The notes under the pieces are model-generated. The model did not search any database. It was given only the letters and a program-made list of their open reading frames with translations, and was not told the DNA's origin. A DNA stretch of 64,000 nt, taken from contig CAVRZA010000001.1 of assembly GCA_963725665.1 (NCBI GenBank), forward strand, positions 384,001-448,000, read 5' to 3'. The stretch comes from an uncultured Actinomycetes bacterium (GTDB lineage: Bacteria; Actinomycetota; Thermoleophilia; UBA2241). Position numbers and translations under genes: made by a program. Positions 25,513 through 34,404 of this stretch are shown one piece after another (position 1 is the stretch's first letter; each line of letters opens with the position of its first letter).

Positions 25513-28218
25513 GTGGAGATCCTAGACGCAGTCGATATCGTCGAACTCGCTATCGACGGGCGCATTGTGAGCGCCGCGTCGGGCATGAGCATCCTGCAGG
25601 CCGCGCGTGCCGCCGGCATCGACATCCCCTCGCTCTGTCAGGACGACAGGCTAGAGCCGTTCGCCGCCTGTCGCCTCTGCCTCGTCGAGGTCGAGGGCGC
25701 GCGCGCCCCGCTCGTCTCGTGCGCGACGCCGGTCGCCGAGGCGATGGTGGTCACGACGGAGAGCGATGACCTCGCCGAGACGCGCAGGGTGCTCCTCGAG
25801 CTGCTGCTCTCCGACCACCACAACGACTGCATCATTTGCGATCGCTCCGGGCAGTGCCGTCTGCAGGAGCTGGCCTATCGCTACGGCGTCGGCGAGACTG
25901 GCTTCGGCGGAGAGGAACGCGAGTACCCGGTCCGCGACGACAACCCCTTCGTCGGCTACGACCCAGCCAAGTGCATCCTGTGCGGCCGCTGCGTCGGCAT
26001 CTGCGAGCAGGTGCAGCAGTGCCACGTGCTCGACTTCGCCGAGCGCGGGTTCCCGTCGCTGATCTCGACCTCCTTCGGCCGCTCCATGCTCGAGACCGAG
26101 TGCGAGCTGTGCGGCAACTGCGTCTCGTCTTGTCCTACGGGCGCCCTCTACGACATCCCGAGCAAGCGCGCCGGGCGCACCTGGGACGCGACCGTCGTCG
26201 ACACCGTCTGCCCCTTCTGCGGGTGCGGTTGTCAGGTACAGCTGCACGTGGTCGGCGGGCGTGTGGTACGCGTCACGGCCGACGTGGCCAGGGCGCCGAA
26301 CCACGGCAACCTTTGCGTCAAGGGACGCTATGGCTATTCCTTCATCAACCATCCGGAGCGACTCACGCAGCCACTCATCCGCGTCGACGGCGATCTTGTG
26401 CCGACCGGCTGGGACGAGGCTCTCGAACTCGTCGCCGGGAGGCTGGGGCGCATCAAGGCCGAACACGGCCCCGACGCTCTCGCCGGCTTCGCCTCTGCTC
26501 GCTGTACCAACGAGGAGAACTACCTCTTCCAGAAGCTCATGCGCGCCGTCCTGGGCACGAACAACGTCGATCACTGTGCGCGGCTCTGCCACGCATCGAC
26601 CGTTTCTGGTCTGGCTCAGTCGTTGGGCAGCGGCGCCATGACCAATGGGTTCGGCGACCTCGCGACCTCAGAGGTGGTCCTTGTCATCGGCTCCAACACG
26701 ACCGAGTCGCATCCCATCGGCGCCCTCGCTATCAAGAAGGCCGTGCGAAACGGTGCGCGGCTGATCGTTGCCGACCCGCGCGAGATCGACATCGCGCACC
26801 GCGCCGACCTGCACCTGCAGCTCCGTCCTGGCACGAACGTCGCCCTGCTCGACGGGCTCGCGCACGTGATCGTGACCGAGGGTCTGGTCGACGAGGGGTT
26901 CGTGCGCGAGCGCACGGAGGACTATGAGCTGGTACGCGAGGCCGTGCTGCCCTACACGCCCGAGCTCGTCGAGCAGATCACCGGCGTGGCGGCCGACGAC
27001 GTGCGCCGCGCCGCGCGGATGTACGCGGCGGCGGGCAGCGCGGCGATCGTCTATGCCATGGGCATCACCCAGCACTCGCACGGCACAGAGCACGTCCTCG
27101 CTATCTCGAATCTGGCGCTCTTGACCGGGAACGTGGGCCGACCCGGCACCGGCGTGAACCCCCTGCGCGGCCAGAACAACGTCCAGGGCGCCTGCGACGC
27201 GGGGGCGCTGCCGGACGTCTACTCCGGCTATCAGAAGGTCAGCGACGAGGCGGCGCGGGTGAAGATGAGCGCCGCCTGGGGCGCGGAGCTTCCCGAGGCT
27301 CCGGGCCTCGCCCTGACCGAGGCCGTCAACGCCATGTTCGAGGGCGGTGTCAAGGGCCTCATCGTCATGGGTGAGAACCCGCTCCTCTCCGACCCCGACA
27401 TCACCCACGCCGAGGAGGCTCTCAAGAAGCTCGACTTCCTCGTCGTGCAGGACATCTTCCTCAGCGAGACGGCCAAGCTGGCGGACGTCGTGCTCCCAGC
27501 GACGAGCTTCGCCGAGAAGGACGGTACCTTCACCAACACCGAACGCAAGGTGCAGCGTGTGCGCAAGGCCGTCCAGGCTCCCGGCGAAGCGCGAGCGGAC
27601 TGGGAGATCATCGTCGCCCTCGCCAACCGTCTCGGAGCGACGCCGGCCTGGAGCTACGACGGGCCGGCGTCGATCATGGCCGAGATGGCCGCGCTGACGC
27701 CGTCGTACGGCGGCATCAGCTTCGAGCGCCTCGACCACGACGGCCTCTGCTGGCCCTGCCCGACGCCCGACCATCCCGGCACCCCCATTCTGCACATCGG
27801 TCGCTTCACCCGGGGCCTGGGCAAGTTCTTCCCCGTCGTCTATCAGCCTCCGGCGGAGGAAGCTGGCGAGGAGTACCCTCTGACGTTGACCACCGGCCGG
27901 CTGCTCGAGCACTACCACACGGGGACGATGACGCGTCGCGTGGAGGGTCTCAACGAGCTGGTCCCGACCGGCTTCGTCGAGGTCAACCCCGCCGACGCCG
28001 AACGCCTCGGCGTCGACGACGGCGCGCGGGTGACGCTCGAGACGAGGCGCGGCAGCATCGAGGTGCCGGCGCTCGTGACCGATCGTGTCGACGAGGGCAC
28101 CGTCTTCGTGCCTTTCCACTTCTGGGAATCACCGGCCAACCGACTGACCAACGCGGCCCTGGATCCTGTGGCCAAGATCCCCGAGTTCAAGGTCTGCGCC
28201 TGTCGCCTTCTCGCCTGA
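25513..28218 (+). CDS. fdhF: Formate dehydrogenase alpha subunit (Mo/W-bisPGD, Cys ligand) with NuoG-like Fe-S N-terminus
   Basis: PSLC..CRLC [2Fe-2S], H-x3-C-x2-C-x5-C, 2x[4Fe-4S], CPFCGCGC, HCARLCH, LRGQNNVQG. Confidence 0.93.
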   Translation: MEILDAVDIVELAIDGRIVSAASGMSILQAARAAGIDIPSLCQDDRLEPFAACRLCLVEVEGARAPLVSCATPVAEAMVVTTESDDLAETRRVLLELLLSDHHNDCIICDRSGQCRLQELAYRYGVGETGFGGEEREYPVRDDNPFVGYDPAKCILCGRCVGICEQVQQCHVLDFAERGFPSLISTSFGRSMLETECELCGNCVSSCPTGALYDIPSKRAGRTWDATVVDTVCPFCGCGCQVQLHVVGGRVVRVTADVARAPNHGNLCVKGRYGYSFINHPERLTQPLIRVDGDLVPTGWDEALELVAGRLGRIKAEHGPDALAGFASARCTNEENYLFQKLMRAVLGTNNVDHCARLCHASTVSGLAQSLGSGAMTNGFGDLATSEVVLVIGSNTTESHPIGALAIKKAVRNGARLIVADPREIDIAHRADLHLQLRPGTNVALLDGLAHVIVTEGLVDEGFVRERTEDYELVREAVLPYTPELVEQITGVAADDVRRAARMYAAAGSAAIVYAMGITQHSHGTEHVLAISNLALLTGNVGRPGTGVNPLRGQNNVQGACDAGALPDVYSGYQKVSDEAARVKMSAAWGAELPEAPGLALTEAVNAMFEGGVKGLIVMGENPLLSDPDITHAEEALKKLDFLVVQDIFLSETAKLADVVLPATSFAEKDGTFTNTERKVQRVRKAVQAPGEARADWEIIVALANRLGATPAWSYDGPASIMAEMAALTPSYGGISFERLDHDGLCWPCPTPDHPGTPILHIGRFTRGLGKFFPVVYQPPAEEAGEEYPLTLTTGRLLEHYHTGTMTRRVEGLNELVPTGFVEVNPADAERLGVDDGARVTLETRRGSIEVPALVTDRVDEGTVFVPFHFWESPANRLTNAALDPVAKIPEFKVCACRLLA

Positions 28219-28440
28219 CCGGCGTGAGCGACGACATCGAGCCCGTGACGGGCTCGCGGGCGGCCGCCCGGCTGTCGGTGTACTGGCGCGCCGGCGACGC
28301 CGAGCAGGCGGCCCCTCTCTTCACCGCCGACCGCGTCCGTGGTCACTTCGAGCTTGCCGCCGGATGGGGGCGCTGACGGGCGAGTCTCGCCGCCGTGGGA
28401 GCCTCCGTTTCCGGGCTGTGGCAGCCGGGGTAGGCTCCCC

Positions 28441-29148
28441 TTGATCCCCCTGTACGACGATCTTCCGACGCGGCGCTTCCCGTGGATGACGGTGACGCTG
28501 ATCGTCGCCAACGTGCTCGTCTTCGTCTACGAGCTTCTCCTGAGCGGCGGGGCCGGGGGCCGGCTCGATCTGTTCTTCTTCCGCGCCGGCTTCGTCCCGT
28601 ACGAGCTCACGCACCTCGTCGACGTCCCGCCGGCGGACCTGGTGCCGCCGCCGTTCACCGTGTTCACGGCGATGTTCGTGCACGAAGGATGGCTGCACAT
28701 CATCGGCAACATGCTGTTCCTGTGGATCTTCGGCAACAACGTCGAGGACGCCATGGGCAGGGCCAGGTTCCTGACCTTCTACCTGATGTGCGGGGTCGCG
28801 GCGGCCTATGCCCAGACGGCCGTCCGCCCCGACTCGACCGTCCCCAACATCGGCGCCAGTGGCGCCATAGCCGGGGTCTTGGGCGCCTACATCCTGCTCT
28901 ATCCGCGCGCCCGGGTGCTCACCCTGGTGCCGGTGTTCATCTTCTTCCTGCCCATCATCATGCTCCCCGCGTGGGTGGTCATCGCCGCCTGGTTCGTGCT
29001 GCAGCTCTTCGGTGGCCTGCTGTCGTTGGGAGCTGCCGCCGGCGGTGGTGTAGCCTTCTTCGCACACGTGGGCGGGTTCGTCGCCGGTCTGCTCCTGGTG
29101 GGCCTGTTCGCGCGGCGCAGACCCCGTCCGCGGGGGATCGTGTACTAG
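28441..29148 (+). CDS. Rhomboid family intramembrane serine protease
   Basis: MIPLYDD start, HxxxxHIIGNM, GASGA, AHVGG. Confidence 0.9.
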   Translation: MIPLYDDLPTRRFPWMTVTLIVANVLVFVYELLLSGGAGGRLDLFFFRAGFVPYELTHLVDVPPADLVPPPFTVFTAMFVHEGWLHIIGNMLFLWIFGNNVEDAMGRARFLTFYLMCGVAAAYAQTAVRPDSTVPNIGASGAIAGVLGAYILLYPRARVLTLVPVFIFFLPIIMLPAWVVIAAWFVLQLFGGLLSLGAAAGGGVAFFAHVGGFVAGLLLVGLFARRRPRPRGIVY

Positions 29149-29159
29149 AGGAGGATGGA

Positions 29160-29970
29160 GTGAGTCGAACCCCTCGCCGGGCTGGCCGACTACCACACGC
29201 ACTCGCGCTTCTCCGACGGGGAGGGCGAGCTCGACGATGTCGTCGGGCGAGCCCTCGACCTCGGCTTGAGCGAACTGGGGATCTGTGACCACCTGGTGCC
29301 GACGGCGTTCGACGAGCCCGGCTACGGCCTCGACCACGGCCGGCTGGGTGAGTACGTGGCGGCCGTGCGCGCGGCCGCCGCGGCCGCGCCGGGCATCCGC
29401 GTGCTGCTCGGCCTCGAGATCGACTTCATCCCGGGCACCGGGGACGAGATCGTGGCGCTCTTGGACGGCCTTCCGCTCGACTACGCGTTGCTGTCGGTGC
29501 ACCTCGTCGACGGGTTCGACTTCGCCGACGACGGGCTACGCGACGACGAGCGCTGGCGCGACGTCGACGGCATCTTCAGGCGCTACTACGAGCTCATCGC
29601 AGAGGCGGCGTCGTGGGCCCCGCAGCCCGCGGCCGTGGTGGCCCACCCCGACGTCGTGAGCAGGTTCGGGCACGCTCCCTCACGGCAACCCGACGAGGAG
29701 CAGGACACGGCGCTCAGGGCTATCGCCGACGCCGGTCTGGCGCTCGAGCTCAATACCGACGGATGCCGCTGGCCCGGACCGGGCGGTGAGTCGTCACGCC
29801 GGCTTCTGCGCCGCGCCCGCGAGCTGGGCGTCCCTCTGACGCTCGGCTCCGACGCCCACGCGCCACGCGAGGTGGGCGCGGGCTTCGCCGACGCCGTCGG
29901 CGAAGCCCGCGCCGCCGGCTACTCGACCTACCTGCGCCTGTCGGACAGGACGGAGGTGCCGCTGCCGTGA
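29160..29970 (+). CDS. PHP-family histidinol phosphatase (HisJ/HisK type); 5' end affected by a probable 1-nt insertion
   Basis: DYHTHSRFSDG (in frame from 29182), CDH, GLEID, AHPD, ELNT, GSDAH; the RBS-supported GTG at 29160 is one base out of frame. Confidence 0.82.
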
Positions 29971-30860
29971 GCCCCGTGGCCGGCAGGCACATGGCCGCCA
30001 TCTTCAACCCCACCGCGGGCGGCGGTCAGTTCCGGCGCGACCTGCCGCTGATTGTCGAGTCCCTCCACAGCCTCGGCTGGGATGTCGCGGAGAAGCCCAC
30101 TGAGGGCGAGGGTCACGCCACCCTGCTGGCGCACGAGGCGCTCGAAGAGGGCGTCGATCGCGTGGTCGTCATCGGCGGCGACGGCACCGTCAACGAGGCG
30201 CTGAACGGTCTCGCCGGAAGCGATGTGCCGCTGGCCATCGTGCCCACCGGCACCGTCAACGTCCTCGCCCTCGAGCTCGGTCTCCCGCTCGATCCCCCAG
30301 ACGCGGTGCGCGTCGCCGCCGAGGCGCGCGCCACGCGCATTGACCTCGGCCTGGCGGGAGAGCGCTACTTCGCCCTCATGGCCGGCGTGGGCTTCGACGC
30401 CGACGTCGTGTCGCGCGTGAGGCCGGTGATGAAACGGGCGCTGAAAGAGCTGGCCTTCGTGCTTCAGGGCCTCACCACGGCCCTCACCGCCGAGCATCCG
30501 CTGGTGCAGGTCGAGTGCGACGACCGCTGCACCGAGGGCTACTTCGTCGTCTTGGGCAACGCGCGCAACTACGGCGGCAGCTTCGGCATAACCCCACTCG
30601 CCGACATGCGCGACGGGTTGCTCGACGTCGTGGTGCTCAAGGACATGGGGTTCTTCAGCGTCGCCCACTACTGGCTGGCCGCACTCCTCAGCGCGCACCT
30701 CCAGCACCCGAAGGTAGAATACTTCCGCACCGCCTCGGCGCGTCTGAGGGTCGCGGAGGGTGACGCCCCGGTGCTCGTGCAGACCGACGGCGAGGTCGCC
30801 GGCCGGCTGCCGCTCGAGTGTCGCGTTGTCCCGGGAGCGCTCAGGATCGTGACCCCCTAG
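29967..30860 (+). CDS. Diacylglycerol/lipid kinase family protein (YegS/BmrU type)
   Basis: NPTAG, GGDGTVNE, PTGTVN, YGG, QTDGE. Confidence 0.9.
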   Translation: MSPVAGRHMAAIFNPTAGGGQFRRDLPLIVESLHSLGWDVAEKPTEGEGHATLLAHEALEEGVDRVVVIGGDGTVNEALNGLAGSDVPLAIVPTGTVNVLALELGLPLDPPDAVRVAAEARATRIDLGLAGERYFALMAGVGFDADVVSRVRPVMKRALKELAFVLQGLTTALTAEHPLVQVECDDRCTEGYFVVLGNARNYGGSFGITPLADMRDGLLDVVVLKDMGFFSVAHYWLAALLSAHLQHPKVEYFRTASARLRVAEGDAPVLVQTDGEVAGRLPLECRVVPGALRIVTP

Positions 30861-30921
30861 GGCCCCGGCACGGCCTCCAGCAGCGGCTGCTCGGTTGCGG
30901 CCGGTCCGCTCGCCCCGAGGT

Positions 30922-31761
30922 TCAGCCTATGGCGATGAGTGCCACGCCGGCCAGCGCGCCGGCAATGCCCGCCTCCTGGTGGCGCGCGATCCTCTCACCG
31001 AGCACCATGCGCGCCAGGATCACCGTCGTGACCGGGAAGAGCGAGGCGATGACGGCGACGATGCTCAGGTAGCCGACGGTGGTCGCTACGGCAAAGAGGC
31101 CCGTGGCTCCCGTGTCGAGTGCTCCGATGCCGACGAGCGCCAGAGCGTCCGCGCCGCGCGTCCTGCGCGCGGGCCGCAGCACAAGGAGCGCGGCCAGGAG
31201 GAGGACGAGGGAGACGATTCGCGCGCCGAGGAGCGCCCAGTAGGGATCGGCTCTTGACGCCGCGTCGAGCCCGGTGAGCATGACGCCACTGCCCAGGGCG
31301 GCGAGCAAGGCGAGCCCCAGGCCGAGGGTGCTCAAGCGCTGTCTTCTCGCGCCGTCACCGCCCGAGACCGCCAGGAGCACCCCGGCCACGGCGATGACCA
31401 TGCCCGCAGCCTGCAGCCCCGACGGACGTTCCCCTTGAGCCAGGCCGACGGCGACCGGGACGACGGGATAGGTCGCTGCGATGGGGGCGACGATGCTCAT
31501 GGGGCCGATGGAGAGTGCCTTGAAGAGGCAGGTGAAGGCAACGATGCTGCCCACGCCCGAGATCAGGACCGGCCAGAGCGGACCGAAGCCGGGGAACGGC
31601 CCTCCCGCAAACATAACGGCGACCACGGCGATCGCGACCCCGCCGACCAGGATGAGGCCCACCACCGACGCGAGGGGGACGCGTCGCGCCCGCAGACCGC
31701 CGAGGAAGTCAGTGCACCCCCAGGCGATGCTGGCCGTGAAAGCAAGCGCGATGGCGGTCAC
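30922..31761 (-). CDS. EamA/DMT family transporter
   Basis: WGCTDFLGG, GPMSIVAP, SLFPVTTVILA..LGER; about 10 TM helices. Confidence 0.88.
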   Translation of the reverse strand: MTAIALAFTASIAWGCTDFLGGLRARRVPLASVVGLILVGGVAIAVVAVMFAGGPFPGFGPLWPVLISGVGSIVAFTCLFKALSIGPMSIVAPIAATYPVVPVAVGLAQGERPSGLQAAGMVIAVAGVLLAVSGGDGARRQRLSTLGLGLALLAALGSGVMLTGLDAASRADPYWALLGARIVSLVLLLAALLVLRPARRTRGADALALVGIGALDTGATGLFAVATTVGYLSIVAVIASLFPVTTVILARMVLGERIARHQEAGIAGALAGVALIAIG

Positions 31762-31776
31762 GATGCCGGCGGCTCG

Positions 31777-32373
31777 CTAGAGCTTCATCAACGCCGCCAG
31801 CGAGCGCAGCCGGCTCGCGTACTCCTTGCGTTCCTTCTCGCCGCGTTCCGCCAGCTCCCCCGCCGAGGCCACGGGGACCACGCGGAACGCCGGGCTGTCG
31901 ACGACGCGCAGGTCGAGCGCGTCGCGCGCACCACTGGGCGCCTCGTGGAAGAGCTTGCCGAGCACGAAGTCGGCGGTCTCGCGGCCGATGGGCACGACGT
32001 AGTGGGGCGTGGTGATCGAGATCTCCGTGGCGAGGTAGCCGAAGCAGTTCTCCATCTCCTCCGGCCGCGGCTCTCGCAGCGTCGCGCCGCTGCGGGGCAC
32101 GCATTTCAGGAGGCTGGTGCAGAAGCTGCTCTCCCCGCCGCCGTTGTTCAAGCTCGGTATGAGGCCGGCCAGGAAGCGCAGCGCCGAGGCCCCCGCCGGC
32201 AAGCCGGCCACCTCCTCCTCAGGCGACGGGGAGCGTGAAACGAACAGGACGCGGGCGTGGGGGTGGCCCGCTCCGGGAAGCGCGCGGAGCCTGCCGGCCG
32301 CGATCTCGGCGCATCGCGTGCACTCGCGCTCGCTCCGCGCGAGCTGGTCCAGTTTCTCGGCTGCGTCTTCCAT
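31777..32373 (-). CDS. Family-4 uracil-DNA glycosylase-like protein ([4Fe-4S] Cys retained, catalytic motifs degenerate)
   Basis: CTRC, KC.P, ENC; GEAPG replaced by SRSPS; no C-terminal HP motif. Confidence 0.65.
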   Translation of the reverse strand: MEDAAEKLDQLARSERECTRCAEIAAGRLRALPGAGHPHARVLFVSRSPSPEEEVAGLPAGASALRFLAGLIPSLNNGGGESSFCTSLLKCVPRSGATLREPRPEEMENCFGYLATEISITTPHYVVPIGRETADFVLGKLFHEAPSGARDALDLRVVDSPAFRVVPVASAGELAERGEKERKEYASRLRSLAALMKL

Positions 32374-32472
32374 GATGACCACCTTCCTTCGCTACCCGCG
32401 CGGACGTGCGTCTCCGGTGGAGTGTCACGGCTCGCGGGAGATGGGCCTTGTGTGGAGCTGCCGTGGCGAGCC

Positions 32473-32802
32473 TCACCGGTCGTGCCGCAGCCTGAAGTCC
32501 AGCTTGATGGCGTCGGGTGTGCCGACGAGGACGAGAAGGAGCTCGCCCTCGAAGGGCGCCAGCACGACGTTCATGCCGGAGAGCTCGACGCCGACGTAAC
32601 GTGTCTCGGGCTGTTCGAGCTCTTCGGCGAGCCGGGCGCCGATGTCGATGACCCCCGCGACCTGGGCCGCGATGGCCTCGGTGTCGATGCGGTCGTCGGC
32701 CGAGGCGGCGACCAAGAAGCCGTCGCGCGAGACAAGGAGCGCCGCCAGGACGCCGGGTTGCTCGCGGTAGGGTTCGAGCTTGTTGACCAGGGTGTCGTCC
32801 AT
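32473..32802 (-). CDS. Roadblock/LC7 (MglB-like) protein
   Basis: PGVLAALLVSRDGFLVA...EAIAA...LAEEL. Confidence 0.85.
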   Translation of the reverse strand: MDDTLVNKLEPYREQPGVLAALLVSRDGFLVAASADDRIDTEAIAAQVAGVIDIGARLAEELEQPETRYVGVELSGMNVVLAPFEGELLLVLVGTPDAIKLDFRLRHDR

Positions 32803-32809
32803 GCTGGTG

Positions 32810-33109
32810 TCAGGCCCCCTCCAAGGCGGATTCGATCTGCGTTCGCACCACCGCCGCGAAGGCGTCTGCATGCGCCTCGTCGACGAATGTGCGGGTGAAC
32901 CCCTCGTGCGACCCCGCGAGCTCGCTGAGGAAGATGCTCGTGCGCGTGATCGGGGCGGTCTCGGGCTGAGCCACGACGCCGTCGAGGGGTAGTTGGATCA
33001 GAGTGTCGCCGCTCAGGAAGAGGCGGTTTGTCTCGCGGGGAGTGAGACGCACGAGGACGCGCAGCCTGACCACCTCACTCAGACGCTCGTGGGCGAGCTC
33101 GATATCCAC
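32810..33109 (-). CDS. Hypothetical protein (99 aa)
   Basis: Host-like codon usage; TAGTAT -10 box 6 nt upstream of the GTG; ends 7 nt before the roadblock gene. Confidence 0.65.
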   Translation of the reverse strand: MDIELAHERLSEVVRLRVLVRLTPRETNRLFLSGDTLIQLPLDGVVAQPETAPITRTSIFLSELAGSHEGFTRTFVDEAHADAFAAVVRTQIESALEGA

Positions 33110-33199
33110 GGCGCAATACTAGGTCTGGCGGGAGCGGCTGCGCAACCGCGAGGCCTGAGACCGGGAGAGCGGGAGTAGTGGGGTCGGGGAGGCGCCCGC

Positions 33200-34243
33200 T
33201 CAGGCGAAGGCGACCGCCTGCGGCGCGGCGTCGGCGACGGGTGTGGCGGCGGCCTGAGTCGCGTTGCGACCGGCGCCGGCGAGGGCGGCCCCGCTGGCGG
33301 CCGGCTCATGACGCGTCGCCCCCGTGAAGGCCTCCGCGAGGAGAGCTTCGAGCGAGCGCGTCGCCGGGAACGACGCGCTGCCGGCGCTGACCGTCTGGCG
33401 ATGCTGGCCGATGAGGCGAGCCGTGACCTCGTGGCTCACAAGGGCGGCGAGCTCCCGCGTCTCTGACGCACTGCGGCCGGGAAGCGCGAGCACGAACGCG
33501 TCCGGCGCCGGTCGGAAACCGAGGTCGTCGGGGCCGAGCAGCCGGCCGACCCGACGCGCCACCGCGCGGGCGATGGCCTCGGCGCCCGGCCGACCGTAGA
33601 AGTCCGTCGCATCGCCGAAGTGATCGAGGCGCAGACAGACTACGCCGAGTGGTTCGTGCGCGGCCAGTGCCTCGTCCATGCGCAGGCTGAGGAGCTCGTG
33701 CAGGCGGTGACGGGTGTAGAAGCCCGTGACCGGATCGACGTTGAGCACGCGCTCCGCCTGCCGCCGGCCGTCGCGCCGCGCCACGCTGGCCAGAAGGACG
33801 CCGAGGGTGACGAGCGCCGCGACCTTGACGAGGCCCACGGCACGGTCGCCGCCGAGCGTCGGGTCGGCGATGGCGAGGACGATGGTTAGCAGGAGGCTGG
33901 GGACGACGAGGAAAGGCCACTCCGCCCGCTCGCTGCACAACAGCTCGGTGAGCACGAGCAGCGGAATGGCGAGGAGGAGCCAGGTGTCGACCCCGCCGGC
34001 CGGCGCGAGGCAAAGCCCCAACAGGAGCCAGTCCGTGACCACGAAGGTGTGCGCGAGCACAGGACCTTGCCGGCGGGCGACCGAGACCGAGTACGCGCCG
34101 CTGAGGAGCCCCAGGGCAGCGACCGCGGCTCCCCCCTTGCTGCCGGCGGCAAGGGAGGCGATGACGAGGAGGACGAAGAACAGCGTGCGAGAACGCGCCC
34201 GGGCAAGCTCGGGGTGGCGACGCCGGCGACGATTGGCCGTCAC
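33200..34243 (-). CDS. Membrane protein with degenerate GGDEF domain
   Basis: About 6 TM helices, then DPVTGFY, LDHF..ATDFYG, RPAPDAF in place of RxGGDEF, TVSAG. Confidence 0.8.
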   Translation of the reverse strand: MTANRRRRRHPELARARSRTLFFVLLVIASLAAGSKGGAAVAALGLLSGAYSVSVARRQGPVLAHTFVVTDWLLLGLCLAPAGGVDTWLLLAIPLLVLTELLCSERAEWPFLVVPSLLLTIVLAIADPTLGGDRAVGLVKVAALVTLGVLLASVARRDGRRQAERVLNVDPVTGFYTRHRLHELLSLRMDEALAAHEPLGVVCLRLDHFGDATDFYGRPGAEAIARAVARRVGRLLGPDDLGFRPAPDAFVLALPGRSASETRELAALVSHEVTARLIGQHRQTVSAGSASFPATRSLEALLAEAFTGATRHEPAASGAALAGAGRNATQAAATPVADAAPQAVAFA

Positions 34244-34404
34244 AGGTGATCCCCTCGTGGCGTCACGTATCGGACGGCCTGGCTCGCCATACAGTGGCTA
34301 TTCGCCCTGCAAACACGCTCTCCTTCCACGCCGCTCGAGCAGGCTGCCGTCGCCGTTGTGCAGAGTCCTCGAACGGCGGCCGCAGCGGCTATAATGGACG
34401 TTCC

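Noticed and set aside
26575-26630. Selenocysteine or SECIS in fdhF
   Set aside because: The active-site codon is TGC. The downstream GGTCTG recalls the fdhF SECIS loop, but the stem does not pair; at most a relic.
29155-29200. ATG GAG TGA GTC... in frame with the PHP gene, as a possible Sec at codon 3
   Set aside because: The RBS abuts that ATG but is correctly spaced for GTG 29160. No conserved Cys is expected there, and a 1-nt insertion or CTG start is simpler.
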